A DNA stretch of 64,000 bases from an uncultured Actinomycetota bacterium (GTDB taxonomy: Bacteria > Actinomycetota > Actinomycetes > Propionibacteriales > Nocardioidaceae): NCBI GenBank assembly GCA_963714475.1, contig CAVQOP010000001.1:675481-739480 (forward strand), read 5' to 3'. The stretch's first letter is position 1, and the number at the start of each line of letters is the position of its first letter. Positions 22,484 to 31,436 of this stretch are shown here, one piece after another. The translations under genes were made by a program, and so were the position numbers. A model generated the notes under the pieces. The model was not told where the DNA came from. It saw nothing but the letters and a program-made list of their open reading frames with translations, and made no database searches.

Positions 22484-23182
22484 GTGGACATCATCCTGAT
22501 CGCCGGCATGTGGCTCGACGCGCACGCCTGGGACGACGTCGTCCCCGAGATCGAGCGCCTCGGCCACCGACCGGTCCCCGTGACGCTGCCCGGCCAGGGG
22601 GACGGCGACACCGGGGCGACGTACGACGACCAGGTCGCCGCGGTCGTGGCCGCCGTCGACGCCGCCGACGGGACTCCCCTCGTGGTCGGCCACTCCGCCG
22701 CCTGCGCGCTCGCCTGGGCTGCCGCCGACGCGCGGCCGACCGCCGTGGCGGGCGTCGCCCTGATCGGCGGGATGCCCAGCGCCGACGGCGAGACCTACTT
22801 CGGTCCCTTCGACCCGGTCGACGGCGTCGTGGCCTTCCCGGGCTGGGAGCCGTTCGCGGGGCCCGACTCCGACGACCTGACGGACGAGCAGCGGCGCACG
22901 ATCCAGGCGGGCGCGATCGCCGTGCCCAGCGCCGTCACCCACGGGACCGTCCGCCTCGGCGACGAGCGCCGCTACGACGTCGCGGTGACCATGGTCTGCC
23001 CCGAGTTCACCCCCGCCGAGGCGAAGGAGTGGGTCGCGGGCGGCGACATCCCGGAGCTCGCGCGGGCCACCCGGGTCGAGTACGTCGACCTCGACTCGGG
23101 CCACTGGCCGATGTACAGCCGGCCGGCCGAGCTCGCCCGCGTCCTCGCCGACTGCGCGGGGGCCTCGGCACCGGCCGGATGA
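22484..23182 (+). CDS. Alpha/beta hydrolase
   Basis: 232 aa. VVGHSAAC nucleophile elbow. AAGGAG RBS 7 nt before GTG 22484. Divergent from the WYL regulator. Confidence 0.8.
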   Translation: MDIILIAGMWLDAHAWDDVVPEIERLGHRPVPVTLPGQGDGDTGATYDDQVAAVVAAVDAADGTPLVVGHSAACALAWAAADARPTAVAGVALIGGMPSADGETYFGPFDPVDGVVAFPGWEPFAGPDSDDLTDEQRRTIQAGAIAVPSAVTHGTVRLGDERRYDVAVTMVCPEFTPAEAKEWVAGGDIPELARATRVEYVDLDSGHWPMYSRPAELARVLADCAGASAPAG

Positions 23183-23195
23183 GCACAGCGGACGA

Positions 23196-23244
23196 ACAGT
23201 GCCCCGGATCCGTGCCGGAATGTGGCACGGATCCGGGGCACTGT
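23196..23244. terminator. Perfect 21-bp stem / 7-nt loop hairpin between convergent genes
   Basis: acagtgccccggatccgtgcc ggaatgt ggcacggatccggggcactgt read directly. Confidence 0.6.
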
Positions 23245-23308
23245 CCGCTGTCGCACCGTTCGGCCACGTCGTGGCCGGTGCCAGGCCACCGGTCGGGCCG
23301 GCTGGTGC

Positions 23309-23956
23309 TCAGCCCTCGCCGATCCCCGCGCGCTCGGCGGCGATGGTCGTGTCGGGCCCGTGCCCGGTGTGCACCACCGTCTCGTCCGGCAGCGCGAGGA
23401 GCCGCGATCGGATCGAGGCCACGATGACGTCCTCGTCGCTGTAGGAGCGACCGGTCGCCCCGGGCCCGCCCTCGAAGAGGGTGTCGCCGCTGAAGACGCA
23501 GCCGAGGTCGGCGGCGTAGAGGCACACGGCCCCCGGGGCGTGGCCGGGGGTGTGCAGCACCTCGAGGCGGGTCCCGGCGACCTCGACCACGGTGCCGTCG
23601 GCGAGGTCGACGTCCCACAGGTAGGCGTCGGTGTCGTCCGGGCCGCCGTGGGTGAGCTCCCACAGCGGGCGGTCGTCGGGGTGCAGCAGGATCGGCGCGG
23701 TGACCCGCTCGCGCAGGGCGGGCGCGACCCGGCTGTGGTCGTCGTGGGCGTGGGTCAGCACGATCGCGCGCACCCGGCGCTCGCCGACGAGGGCCATGAT
23801 GTCCTCGACGCTGTGGGGCGCGTCGATCACGACGCACTCCTCGTCGTCTCCGACGACCCACAGGTTGTTGTCGACCTCGTGGGTCTCCCCGTCGAGGCTG
23901 AAGGTCCCCGAGGAGACGGCGTGGTCGACCCGCAGCCGACCCGCGCTGGCGGCCAT
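23309..23956 (-). CDS. MBL-fold metallo-hydrolase (glyoxalase II / S-formylmycothiol hydrolase-like)
   Basis: 215 aa. THAHDDH metal motif. ATG overlaps the stop of the upstream dehydrogenase (ATGA). Confidence 0.85.
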   Translation of the reverse strand: MAASAGRLRVDHAVSSGTFSLDGETHEVDNNLWVVGDDEECVVIDAPHSVEDIMALVGERRVRAIVLTHAHDDHSRVAPALRERVTAPILLHPDDRPLWELTHGGPDDTDAYLWDVDLADGTVVEVAGTRLEVLHTPGHAPGAVCLYAADLGCVFSGDTLFEGGPGATGRSYSDEDVIVASIRSRLLALPDETVVHTGHGPDTTIAAERAGIGEG

Positions 23957-25056
23957 CAGAGGATCACGACCGAGCGCAGGACGCCGCCGTCGTGCATCGC
24001 CGCGAACGCGGCCTCCACGTCGCCGATGCCGATCTCCTCGGTCACGAACGCGTCGAGGTCGAGGCGGCCCTGGGTGTAGAGGTCGACGAGCATCGGGAAG
24101 TCGCGGCTGGGCAGGCAGTCGCCGTACCAGCTCGACTTGAGCGACCCGCCACGACCGAACACGTCGATGAGCGGGATGTCGGGCACGGTCATGTCGGGGG
24201 TCGGTACGCCGACGAGGACGACGGTGCCGGCGAGGTCGCGGGCGTAGAAGGCCTGCTTCCAGGTCTCGGGACGACCCACGGCCTCGATCACCAGGTCAGC
24301 GCCCTCGGCGCCCTCGTGGTAGCCGCCGCAGATCTCCTTGATCGTCGCCACGGGGTCGACCTGCGAGGAGTCGACGGTGTGGGTGGCGCCCAGCCTCGTC
24401 GCCGCCTCGAGCTTCTTCGGGTCGATGTCGACGGCGATGATCGGGCTGGCCCCGGACAGCGCGGCGCCCGCGACGGCGGCCACGCCGACACCGCCGCACC
24501 CGATCACGGCCACCGACCTGCCGCGGGTGGCGCCGCCGGTGTTGATCGCGGCCCCGATGCCGGCCATCACGCCGCAGCCGAGCAGGCCGACGGCGGCCGC
24601 GCGGGCCTCGGGGTCGACCTTGGTGCACTGGCCCGCGGCGACGAGGGTCTTCTCCGCGAAGGCGCCGATGCCCAGCGCCGGGGACAGCTCGGTGCCGTCG
24701 GCCAGCGTCATCTTCTGCGTGGCGTTGTGGGTGGCGAAGCAGTACTGCGGCTCGCCCCGCTCGCAGGCGCGGCACTGGCCGCACACCGCGCGCCAGTTGA
24801 GGACCACGAAGTCGCCCGGGGCGACGCTGGTGACGTCGTCACCGACGGCCTCGACGACGCCGGCGGCCTCGTGGCCGAGCAGGAACGGGAACTCGTCGTT
24901 GATCCCGCCCTCGCGGTAGTGCAGGTCGGTGTGGCACACCCCGCAGGCCTGGACCTTGACCAGCGCCTCACCGGGTCCGGGGTCCGGGACGTGGATGGTG
25001 GTCAGCTCGACCGGCTCGCCCTTGCTGCGGGCGATGACACCCTGGACCTCGTGCAT
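23956..25056 (-). CDS. S-(hydroxymethyl)mycothiol (class III type) zinc alcohol dehydrogenase
   Basis: ATG 25056 with [20 protein letters not shown] zinc motif and GCGGVG Rossmann motif. Pairing with an MBL hydrolase is typical of the mycothiol formaldehyde pathway. Confidence 0.85.
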   Translation of the reverse strand: MHEVQGVIARSKGEPVELTTIHVPDPGPGEALVKVQACGVCHTDLHYREGGINDEFPFLLGHEAAGVVEAVGDDVTSVAPGDFVVLNWRAVCGQCRACERGEPQYCFATHNATQKMTLADGTELSPALGIGAFAEKTLVAAGQCTKVDPEARAAAVGLLGCGVMAGIGAAINTGGATRGRSVAVIGCGGVGVAAVAGAALSGASPIIAVDIDPKKLEAATRLGATHTVDSSQVDPVATIKEICGGYHEGAEGADLVIEAVGRPETWKQAFYARDLAGTVVLVGVPTPDMTVPDIPLIDVFGRGGSLKSSWYGDCLPSRDFPMLVDLYTQGRLDLDAFVTEEIGIGDVEAAFAAMHDGGVLRSVVIL

Positions 25057-25161
25057 GAATGCTCCTCCTACGACGCTGACGTCTGGCTCGACCCTGGTGG
25101 TCGGGATCACCCTACGAGGAACGGCAACCACCTCCCGCCCCGGCGAGCATGGTCGTGAGGC

Positions 25162-26226
25162 TCAGCCGGCGAGGACCTCGGTGACCGGGAGGCTGGAGTC
25201 GGCGGGCAGGTCGAGCGAGGACGGCGTACGCCCGCGGGCGACCATCTCGGCGCCGAGGGCGGCGACCATCGCGCCGTTGTCGGTGCACAGCCCCGGCCGC
25301 GGCACCCGGACGCGGACGCCGACCCGTTCGGCGCGCTCGACGGCCATCGCGCGCAGCCGCGAGTTGGCCGCCACGCCTCCCCCGATGAGCAGGTCGTCGA
25401 CGCCGCGGTGGGCGGCGGCATCCAGCGCCTTGCGCACGAGCACGTCGCAGACCGCCTCCTGGAAGCTCGCGGCGACGTCGGCGACCGGGACCGGCTCGCC
25501 GGCCCCCTCGCGGGCGGCGACCCAGCGGGCGACCGCGGTCTTGAGCCCGGAGAAGGAGAAGTCGAACCGGTGGCGCTCGAGGTCGCGGCGCGCGGTCAGC
25601 CCGCGCGGGAAGTCGATGGCCACGCTGCTGCCGGAGGCCGCCTCGCGGTCGACGTGCGGGCCGCCGGGGAAGGGCAGGCCGAGCAGCCTGGCGACCTTGT
25701 CGAAGGCCTCCCCCGCCGCGTCGTCGATCGTCGCCCCGAGCGGGTCGATGCCGCCGTCGTGGCCGGTCACGTCACTGACCAGGAGCAGGCTGGAGTGTCC
25801 GCCGCTGACCAGCAGCGCGAGGCACGGCTCGGGCAGCGGCCCGTGCTCGAGCTGGTCGACGGCGACGTGGGCGGCGAGGTGGTTGACGCCGTACAGGGGC
25901 TTGCCGAGCCCGACGGCGAGCGCCTTGGCCGCTGCCACCCCGACCAGCAGGGCGCCGGCGAGACCCGGCCCGCTCGTCACCGCGATCGCGTCGACGTCCT
26001 CGGGGCGTACGCCGGCCGTCTCGCACGCGCGTCGGACCGTCGGCACCATCGCCTCGAGGTGGGCGCGGCTGGCGACCTCGGGCACCACCCCGCCGAACCG
26101 GGCGTGCTCCTCGACGCTGCTGGCCACCGCGTCGGCGAGCAGGGTCGTGCCGCGCACGATGCCCACCCCGGTCTCGTCGCAGGAGGTCTCGATGCCCAGC
26201 ACGAGGGGCTCGGAGGGTGAGCTCAC
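25162..26226 (-). CDS. tsaD: tRNA N6-adenosine threonylcarbamoyltransferase
   Basis: 354 aa. [17 protein letters not shown]... and the Kae1/TsaD His motifs (GHLAAH-like NHLAAHV). Confidence 0.95.
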   Translation of the reverse strand: MSSPSEPLVLGIETSCDETGVGIVRGTTLLADAVASSVEEHARFGGVVPEVASRAHLEAMVPTVRRACETAGVRPEDVDAIAVTSGPGLAGALLVGVAAAKALAVGLGKPLYGVNHLAAHVAVDQLEHGPLPEPCLALLVSGGHSSLLLVSDVTGHDGGIDPLGATIDDAAGEAFDKVARLLGLPFPGGPHVDREAASGSSVAIDFPRGLTARRDLERHRFDFSFSGLKTAVARWVAAREGAGEPVPVADVAASFQEAVCDVLVRKALDAAAHRGVDDLLIGGGVAANSRLRAMAVERAERVGVRVRVPRPGLCTDNGAMVAALGAEMVARGRTPSSLDLPADSSLPVTEVLAG

Positions 26227-26270
26227 CGGGTCATCGTCGCACCGGGTCGTCGCACTGGGACGATGACCCG

Positions 26271-27062
26271 GTGAACGAGGTCGACGCCGCCGGGCTCTAC
26301 GACGGCTGCGAGGCCGCGTTCCTGCACCGCCAGGTCGACCCGGCGATGGTCGAGCGGGCCTGGGTGGCCGGCGACGGGCGTACGGCGGTGTGGTGCCAGC
26401 GGGGTGCCAGTCCGGCCGGGCCGGCCCGCGTCGCGACGGCGGTCGGTGACCCCGAGCAGCTCGGCCCCCTGCTCGCCCTCGCCGCGGGCTCGACCGAGCC
26501 GCCGGAGCGGTTGAGCGTCGAGGCGACGGCGGCGCACGTCGTACCGCCTGCCTGGACCCAGGCGGACACGTGGTCGTGGCACTGGATGACGGTCGACCGG
26601 TCGGGCTTCGTCGAGGCCGCTGCGCCGGAGGGTGCCGTCGTCGAGGACCTCGGCTGCGACCACGACGACGAGGTCGAGGCCCTGCTCGAGGCGGGCAACC
26701 CCCGCTCCTTCGCCCGGCCCGGCACCCCTGGGGTCCTCGGCTGGTGGGGTGTGCGCGACCCGGTCTCCGCCTCGCTGGTCGCGACCGGCTGCCTGGTCGT
26801 CCAGCCCGACGGCTCCGCGCTCCTGCGGGGCGTCACCACCCACCCCGACCACCGCGGCCGCGGCCTCGGGCGCCGGGTGTCCGCCGCCCTCACCCGAGCC
26901 GCACTGGAGCTCGACGACACCGCGGCCCTCGGCGTGTACGTCGACAACGCGGCCGCGCTCACGATCTACCGCGGGCTGGGCTACGCGGTGGTCCACTCCT
27001 TCATCTCGGGGCCGCTGGCGGTCCCTCGCTCGAGCAGCACGGCGGCCTCGCCGTCGCGGTAG
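26271..27062 (+). CDS. GNAT-family N-acetyltransferase, antisense to the t6A operon
   Basis: GC3-rich frame. [14 protein letters not shown] motif A. Start is GTG 26271 or GTG 26217. The 3' end overlaps the rimI 3' end by 82 nt. Confidence 0.65.
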   Translation: MNEVDAAGLYDGCEAAFLHRQVDPAMVERAWVAGDGRTAVWCQRGASPAGPARVATAVGDPEQLGPLLALAAGSTEPPERLSVEATAAHVVPPAWTQADTWSWHWMTVDRSGFVEAAAPEGAVVEDLGCDHDDEVEALLEAGNPRSFARPGTPGVLGWWGVRDPVSASLVATGCLVVQPDGSALLRGVTTHPDHRGRGLGRRVSAALTRAALELDDTAALGVYVDNAAALTIYRGLGYAVVHSFISGPLAVPRSSSTAASPSR

Positions 27063-27478
27063 TAGCGCGGGCGGGTGCCGACCTCGACGAAGCCGGCGCG
27101 GCGGTAGAAGGCCCGGGCGTCCTCGTTGTCCGCGCGGACCTCGAGCAGCAGCCGGTCCGCGCCGGTGTCGCGGCACAGGCCGAGCACGGAGCCCAGCAGC
27201 GCCAGGCCGACGCCGGTGCGGCGCTCGCCGAGGTCGACGGCGATGCGCTGCAGCTCGGCGACGTCGACGACCAGGCTGGTCGCGGCGTACCCGACCACCA
27301 CGCCGTCCCGCTCGGCCACCAGGGCCTGCGCGGTCGGGACGGTGCCGGCCACCAGCTCGGCGACCAGGCCGTGGGGCCAGGCGTCGTCACCGAGCGCGGC
27401 GGCCTCCAGGGCGGCGACGGCGTCGGTGTCGGCAGCACGAGCCGGGCGGACCGCCGCGGGGGGCTCCGGGTCGGTCAC
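26981..27478 (-). CDS. rimI: Ribosomal-protein-alanine N-acetyltransferase
   Basis: 165 aa GNAT (LQRIAVDLGERRTGVGLALL) between tsaB and tsaD. GTG overlaps the tsaB stop (GTGA). Confidence 0.85.
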   Translation of the reverse strand: MTDPEPPAAVRPARAADTDAVAALEAAALGDDAWPHGLVAELVAGTVPTAQALVAERDGVVVGYAATSLVVDVAELQRIAVDLGERRTGVGLALLGSVLGLCRDTGADRLLLEVRADNEDARAFYRRAGFVEVGTRPRYYRDGEAAVLLERGTASGPEMKEWTTA

Positions 27479-28137
27479 GAGACGGGCTTGTGCGACGCCG
27501 AGACGACCGCGTCGGGCCGTCGCAGGTAGAGGGGCTCGGGCTCGAGGACCTCGACCAGGCCGTCGACGACGGCGCGGGCCAGCCAGCCGGCGGACGGCCG
27601 GGTCGGCCCGACGGCGTGCGGGAAGGCGGCGGGGTAGAGCAGCGGCCCCTCGCCGACGACGGGCCCGTCGGTCGCGACCTCGTCGGGCCGGTCGACGACC
27701 GGCCCCGTGACCCGTCGCCCGGTGTGGTCGTAGCGAGCGAGGTAGACCTCCTTGCGCCGGGCGTCCGTGGCCACCGTGAACGCCACCGGCTCGCCGTCGG
27801 CCTCCAGCGCCCCGGAGCGGACCGCCTCGAGGGCGAGCACGTCGAGGGTGCAGACACCGTGCACGGCCACGTCGAGCACCCAGCCCAGGGTCCGGGCGGT
27901 GACGAGCCCGACCCGCAGGCCGGTGAACGGCCCCGGGCCGACGCCGACCGCGATCGCGTCGAGGTCCAGCCGGGTGAGCCCGGCCTGTGCCAGCGCCTGC
28001 TCGATGAGGGGCGCGAGCTGCTCACCGTGCTTCATCGGCTGCTGCGAGGTCAGCTCGGCGAGGGCGGTGGTGCCGTCATGGACGGCGACGGAGACCAGCG
28101 GGGTCGCGGTGTCGAGGGCCAGCAGCACGCCTCGCAC
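27475..28137 (-). CDS. tsaB: tRNA t6A complex dimerisation subunit TsaB
   Basis: VLLALDTATPLVSVAVHDG...IAVGVGPGPFTGLRVG. Start GTG 28137 (1 nt after the tsaE stop) or GTG 28128. Confidence 0.9.
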   Translation of the reverse strand: MRGVLLALDTATPLVSVAVHDGTTALAELTSQQPMKHGEQLAPLIEQALAQAGLTRLDLDAIAVGVGPGPFTGLRVGLVTARTLGWVLDVAVHGVCTLDVLALEAVRSGALEADGEPVAFTVATDARRKEVYLARYDHTGRRVTGPVVDRPDEVATDGPVVGEGPLLYPAAFPHAVGPTRPSAGWLARAVVDGLVEVLEPEPLYLRRPDAVVSASHKPVS

Positions 28138-28138
28138 G

Positions 28139-29173
28139 CTACCGAGGCCGGTCGCCGCCGGCACCGCGGGCCGGGCCACGGTCGACCGGCAACCGGGCCA
28201 GGAACGTCCAGCGGGGGCCGTACCCCTGGATCCGGACCGTGCGGGGGTCGGCGGGCTCGTCCGCGCCGGCCTCGTCGGGCTCGAGGACGCTCCACGCCGC
28301 CGGCGGTGTCGGGGACCGCTCGATGACGACCTCGAGCCGCGACTCGGCCAGCCGCTCGGCCACGCCGGTGCCCCACTCCACGACCGTGACCGCCCCCTCG
28401 AGGGCGGTGTCGAGGTCGAGGTCGTCGAGCTCCTCGAGGCTGCCGAGACGGTAGGCGTCGACGTGGACCAGGTCCGGGCCCGTGCCGGTCGCGGGGTGGA
28501 CGCGCGAGATCACGAAGGTCGGCGACGTGACCGAGCCGCGTACGCCGAGACCCTCGCCGAGGCCCTGGGTGAACGTGGTCTTGCCGGCACCGAGCTCACC
28601 GGCGAGCAGCACGAGGTCGCCCGGTTCGAGGCGCTTGGCGAGCACCGTGCCGAGACGGCGCATGCTCGCGGCCGTCGGAGCGTCGTAGGTCTGCGGCAGG
28701 GAGCGCACCATCTCGACGTACGGCGGGTGCCGGTCGACCTCGGCGAAGCCCTGGCGGCGCCAGAACTCGACCGTGTCCGGCAGCTCCTCGCGCGCGAAGA
28801 TCCCCAGCCCCCGTCGCCCGGCCGCCGAGCGGGCGGCGGCCGCGATCATGGCACCCGCGATCCCGCGGCCCTGGGTGCCGGGCATCACCCCGAAGCGGCG
28901 CAGCCACACGATCCCCTCGTGGTCGGGGTCGAGCAGCAGCGCCCCGACCGGCTCGCCGTCGAGGCTCGCGAGGATCCCGCCCGACGTGCGCAGCCGGCGC
29001 TCGATGGTGTCGAGGGTCTCGGTGAGGGCGTCGGCCGGAGGGTCCAGCACGGGCCGGTCGGCGAAGGCCGCGCGCACCACGGCCAGCACCGTGACGGCCG
29101 CCTCGGCACCGACCTCCTGCACGACGAGCGCGGGCTGGACCGTCGACCCACCGTGGGGCTCTCCTGCGTTCAC
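28139..29173 (-). CDS. tsaE: In-frame fusion of a GNAT N-acetyltransferase domain with the t6A ATPase TsaE
   Basis: Last 344 codons of artefactual ORF 28139..30553. GTG 29173 overlaps the upstream stop (GTGA). GNAT motif A is WLRRFGVMPGTQGRGIAG. The TsaE part then follows as RRLGTVLAKRLEPGDLVLLAGELGAGKTTFTQG.. No stop in any frame across the junction. Confidence 0.75.
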   Translation of the reverse strand: MNAGEPHGGSTVQPALVVQEVGAEAAVTVLAVVRAAFADRPVLDPPADALTETLDTIERRLRTSGGILASLDGEPVGALLLDPDHEGIVWLRRFGVMPGTQGRGIAGAMIAAAARSAAGRRGLGIFAREELPDTVEFWRRQGFAEVDRHPPYVEMVRSLPQTYDAPTAASMRRLGTVLAKRLEPGDLVLLAGELGAGKTTFTQGLGEGLGVRGSVTSPTFVISRVHPATGTGPDLVHVDAYRLGSLEELDDLDLDTALEGAVTVVEWGTGVAERLAESRLEVVIERSPTPPAAWSVLEPDEAGADEPADPRTVRIQGYGPRWTFLARLPVDRGPARGAGGDRPR

Positions 29174-30255
29174 GAGGCGCTCCGACCCTCCGCGCGGGTC
29201 GCCTCGAGCAGACGGTCGATCTCGGCGGTGACCTCGCCGTGCCGCTCCAGCAGCACCAGGTGGCCGGCACCGGCGAGCTCGGTCAGGCGGGCGCCGGGGA
29301 TCCGCGAGGCCAGCTTGCGGCTGTGCCCGATGGAGGTGAGCCGGTCCTTCGTGCCGCACATGACCGCTGTCGGCACCCGGCCCATGACCTCGACGGCGTC
29401 GAACTTGTCGAGGCCGCGGAAGCTCGGGTAGAAGTCCGCGACCACCTCGAACGGGGTGGCCGAGAGCATGGAGTCGGCGAAGGCCACGTAGGAGGAGGGC
29501 ACGTCGTCGCCGAAGGCGAGCACGTCGGTGCCGACGCGGGCGATGATGCGTCCCAGCCGGCGTGCGGAGTCGACCGCGCGGTGGCCGCGGTGGAGGGTGG
29601 CGACGGCGGTGCCGGTCAGCTCGCGGGTGAACCGGGCCGGGACGAGCGGCAGCAGGATCCGGCTCGGGTCGAGGCCCCCGGCGGTCGTGGAGAGGAGGCC
29701 GACCCCGACGACGCGGTCCCCGACCAGCTCGGGGTGCTGCTCGACGAAGGCGACGATGCTCATGCCACCCATCGAGTGACCGACCAGCACCACCGGCCCC
29801 TCCGGGACGACGGTGTCGAGGACCGTCATCAGGTCGCGGCCGAGCTGGTCGATCGTCGCGTGGGGCCGGGCCGAACGGCCCGACCGGCCGTGCGAGCGCT
29901 GGTCGTAGAACACGGTGCGGACCCGCCCGCGGTAGGCGGCGCGCTGGAAGTGCCAGCAGTCCAGCTGCAGGCAGTAGCCGTGCACGAAGACGATCGTCGC
30001 GGCCGCGGCCGCGCTGCCGGGCACCTCGTCGACCTCGACGTGCAGCGGCACCCCGTCGTCGGCGATCACCGTGATCGGGCTGGAGCGCAGCGTGCCGAAA
30101 CCGCCCGCGCCGCCCTGGCTCAGCGGGACGGCCGTGTCGCCGTCGACGCGCCGGCTCAGGGCCCGGTGCTGGTGGGCGACACCGACGGCGGTGCCGGCCG
30201 CGGCCAGGCCGAGCCCGCCGGCGACGGCGCCGATGATCCGCGAGCGCAGGCTCAC
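29170..30255 (-). CDS. Alpha/beta hydrolase (membrane-anchored)
   Basis: 361 aa. N-terminal hydrophobic segment, GHSMGG nucleophile elbow. GTG overlaps the alr stop. Confidence 0.85.
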   Translation of the reverse strand: MSLRSRIIGAVAGGLGLAAAGTAVGVAHQHRALSRRVDGDTAVPLSQGGAGGFGTLRSSPITVIADDGVPLHVEVDEVPGSAAAAATIVFVHGYCLQLDCWHFQRAAYRGRVRTVFYDQRSHGRSGRSARPHATIDQLGRDLMTVLDTVVPEGPVVLVGHSMGGMSIVAFVEQHPELVGDRVVGVGLLSTTAGGLDPSRILLPLVPARFTRELTGTAVATLHRGHRAVDSARRLGRIIARVGTDVLAFGDDVPSSYVAFADSMLSATPFEVVADFYPSFRGLDKFDAVEVMGRVPTAVMCGTKDRLTSIGHSRKLASRIPGARLTELAGAGHLVLLERHGEVTAEIDRLLEATRAEGRSAS

Positions 30256-31431
30256 CGGCCCACCCCGGTGTAGCGCCGGGTGAGGCGTCCGCCCGTCCGG
30301 GTGACGATCTCGTAGCTGATCGTGCCGCAGGCCTCCGCCCAGTCCTGGGCCGTCGGACGGGCCTCACCGGGCGGCCCGAAGAGCACCACCTCGGCCCCGG
30401 CCGGTACGTCGTCCCCGCCGAGGTCGACCGCGAACTGGTCCATGCAGACCCGGCCCAGGATCCGGCGGCGCCGTCCGGCGACGGCCACCTCGGCGGCGTT
30501 GCCGGCGTGGCGCGGGACGCCTTCGGCGTACCCGGCCGGCACGATGCCGACACTCGTCGGACGGTCCGCGACCCAGGTGTGGCCGTAGGAGACGCCGTCC
30601 CCGGGGGCCACCGGCTTGACCATGACCAGCCGTGCCCGCACCGTCATCGCGGGCCGCAGGTCGGTGCCGTGACCCGTGCCCGGCGCCGGGTCGAGCCCGT
30701 AGACGGCGATGCCGCAGCGCACCGCGTCGTAGCGGGCCGCGGGGCGCAGCAGGGTGGCGGCCGAGTTGGCGAGGTGGCGCAGCGAGGGCCGGAGGCCGGC
30801 CTCGGCGCCGCCGGCGAGGGCCCGCTCGAACGCGGCCTGGGCGGCGTCGTTGGCGGGGTGGTCGGGCTCGTCGGCGCAGGCCAGGTGGGAGAAGAGGCCC
30901 ACGACCTGCCAGGTCCCGTCCTGCTCGCCGGCGCGGGCGCGCGCGAAGAAGGCGGGCCAGTCGGCCTCGGGTGCGCCACCACGGGTCAGGCCGGTGTCGA
31001 CCTTGAGGTGCACCCGGGCGGGGGCCGTCGCGGGGTCGGCGTCGCGCAGACGGGACACGGCTGCCGCGACCTGGTCCAGCTGGGCCACGTCGTAGGCGGA
31101 CACGTCGACGCCGCGCCCGATCGCCGGCGCCAGGTCGTCACCGGGGACGCTGAGCCAGCACAGCACCGGTCCGGCGTCACCGGACTCGCGCAGCGCGACC
31201 GCCTCGTCGGGCGTGGCGCAGCCGAGCCAGCTCGGCGCCGGCCTCGCGGGCGGCCCGGGCCACCGGCACCATGCCGTGGCCGTAGGCGTCGGCCTTGACG
31301 ACCACGATCAGCGGCACCCCGGCGACCTCCCGCAGCACGCGCACGTTGTGCCGGACGGCGTCGAGGTCGATGACGACCTCGGCACGGTCCGGAGGTGCTG
31401 CGGCCTGGCTCACGGTCGACCATCCTTCCAT
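30252..31431 (-). CDS. alr: Alanine racemase; frame broken once (+1) near 31228-31232 as assembled
   Basis: N-terminus MEGWSTVSQAAAPPDRAEVVIDLDAVRHNVRVLREVAGVPLIVVVKADAYGHG (PLP Lys motif) is in the frame of ORF 31177..32283. The rest is in ORF 30252..31166. Removing one c in gagCtgg restores ...GAEWLGCATPDEAVALRESG... Confidence 0.85.
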
Positions 31432-31436
31432 CGTGC

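Noticed and set aside
28139-30553. 804-aa minus-strand ORF taken as one protein
   Set aside because: Only the last 344 codons (GNAT-TsaE) are meaningful. Upstream it runs out of frame through the alpha/beta hydrolase and alr genes.
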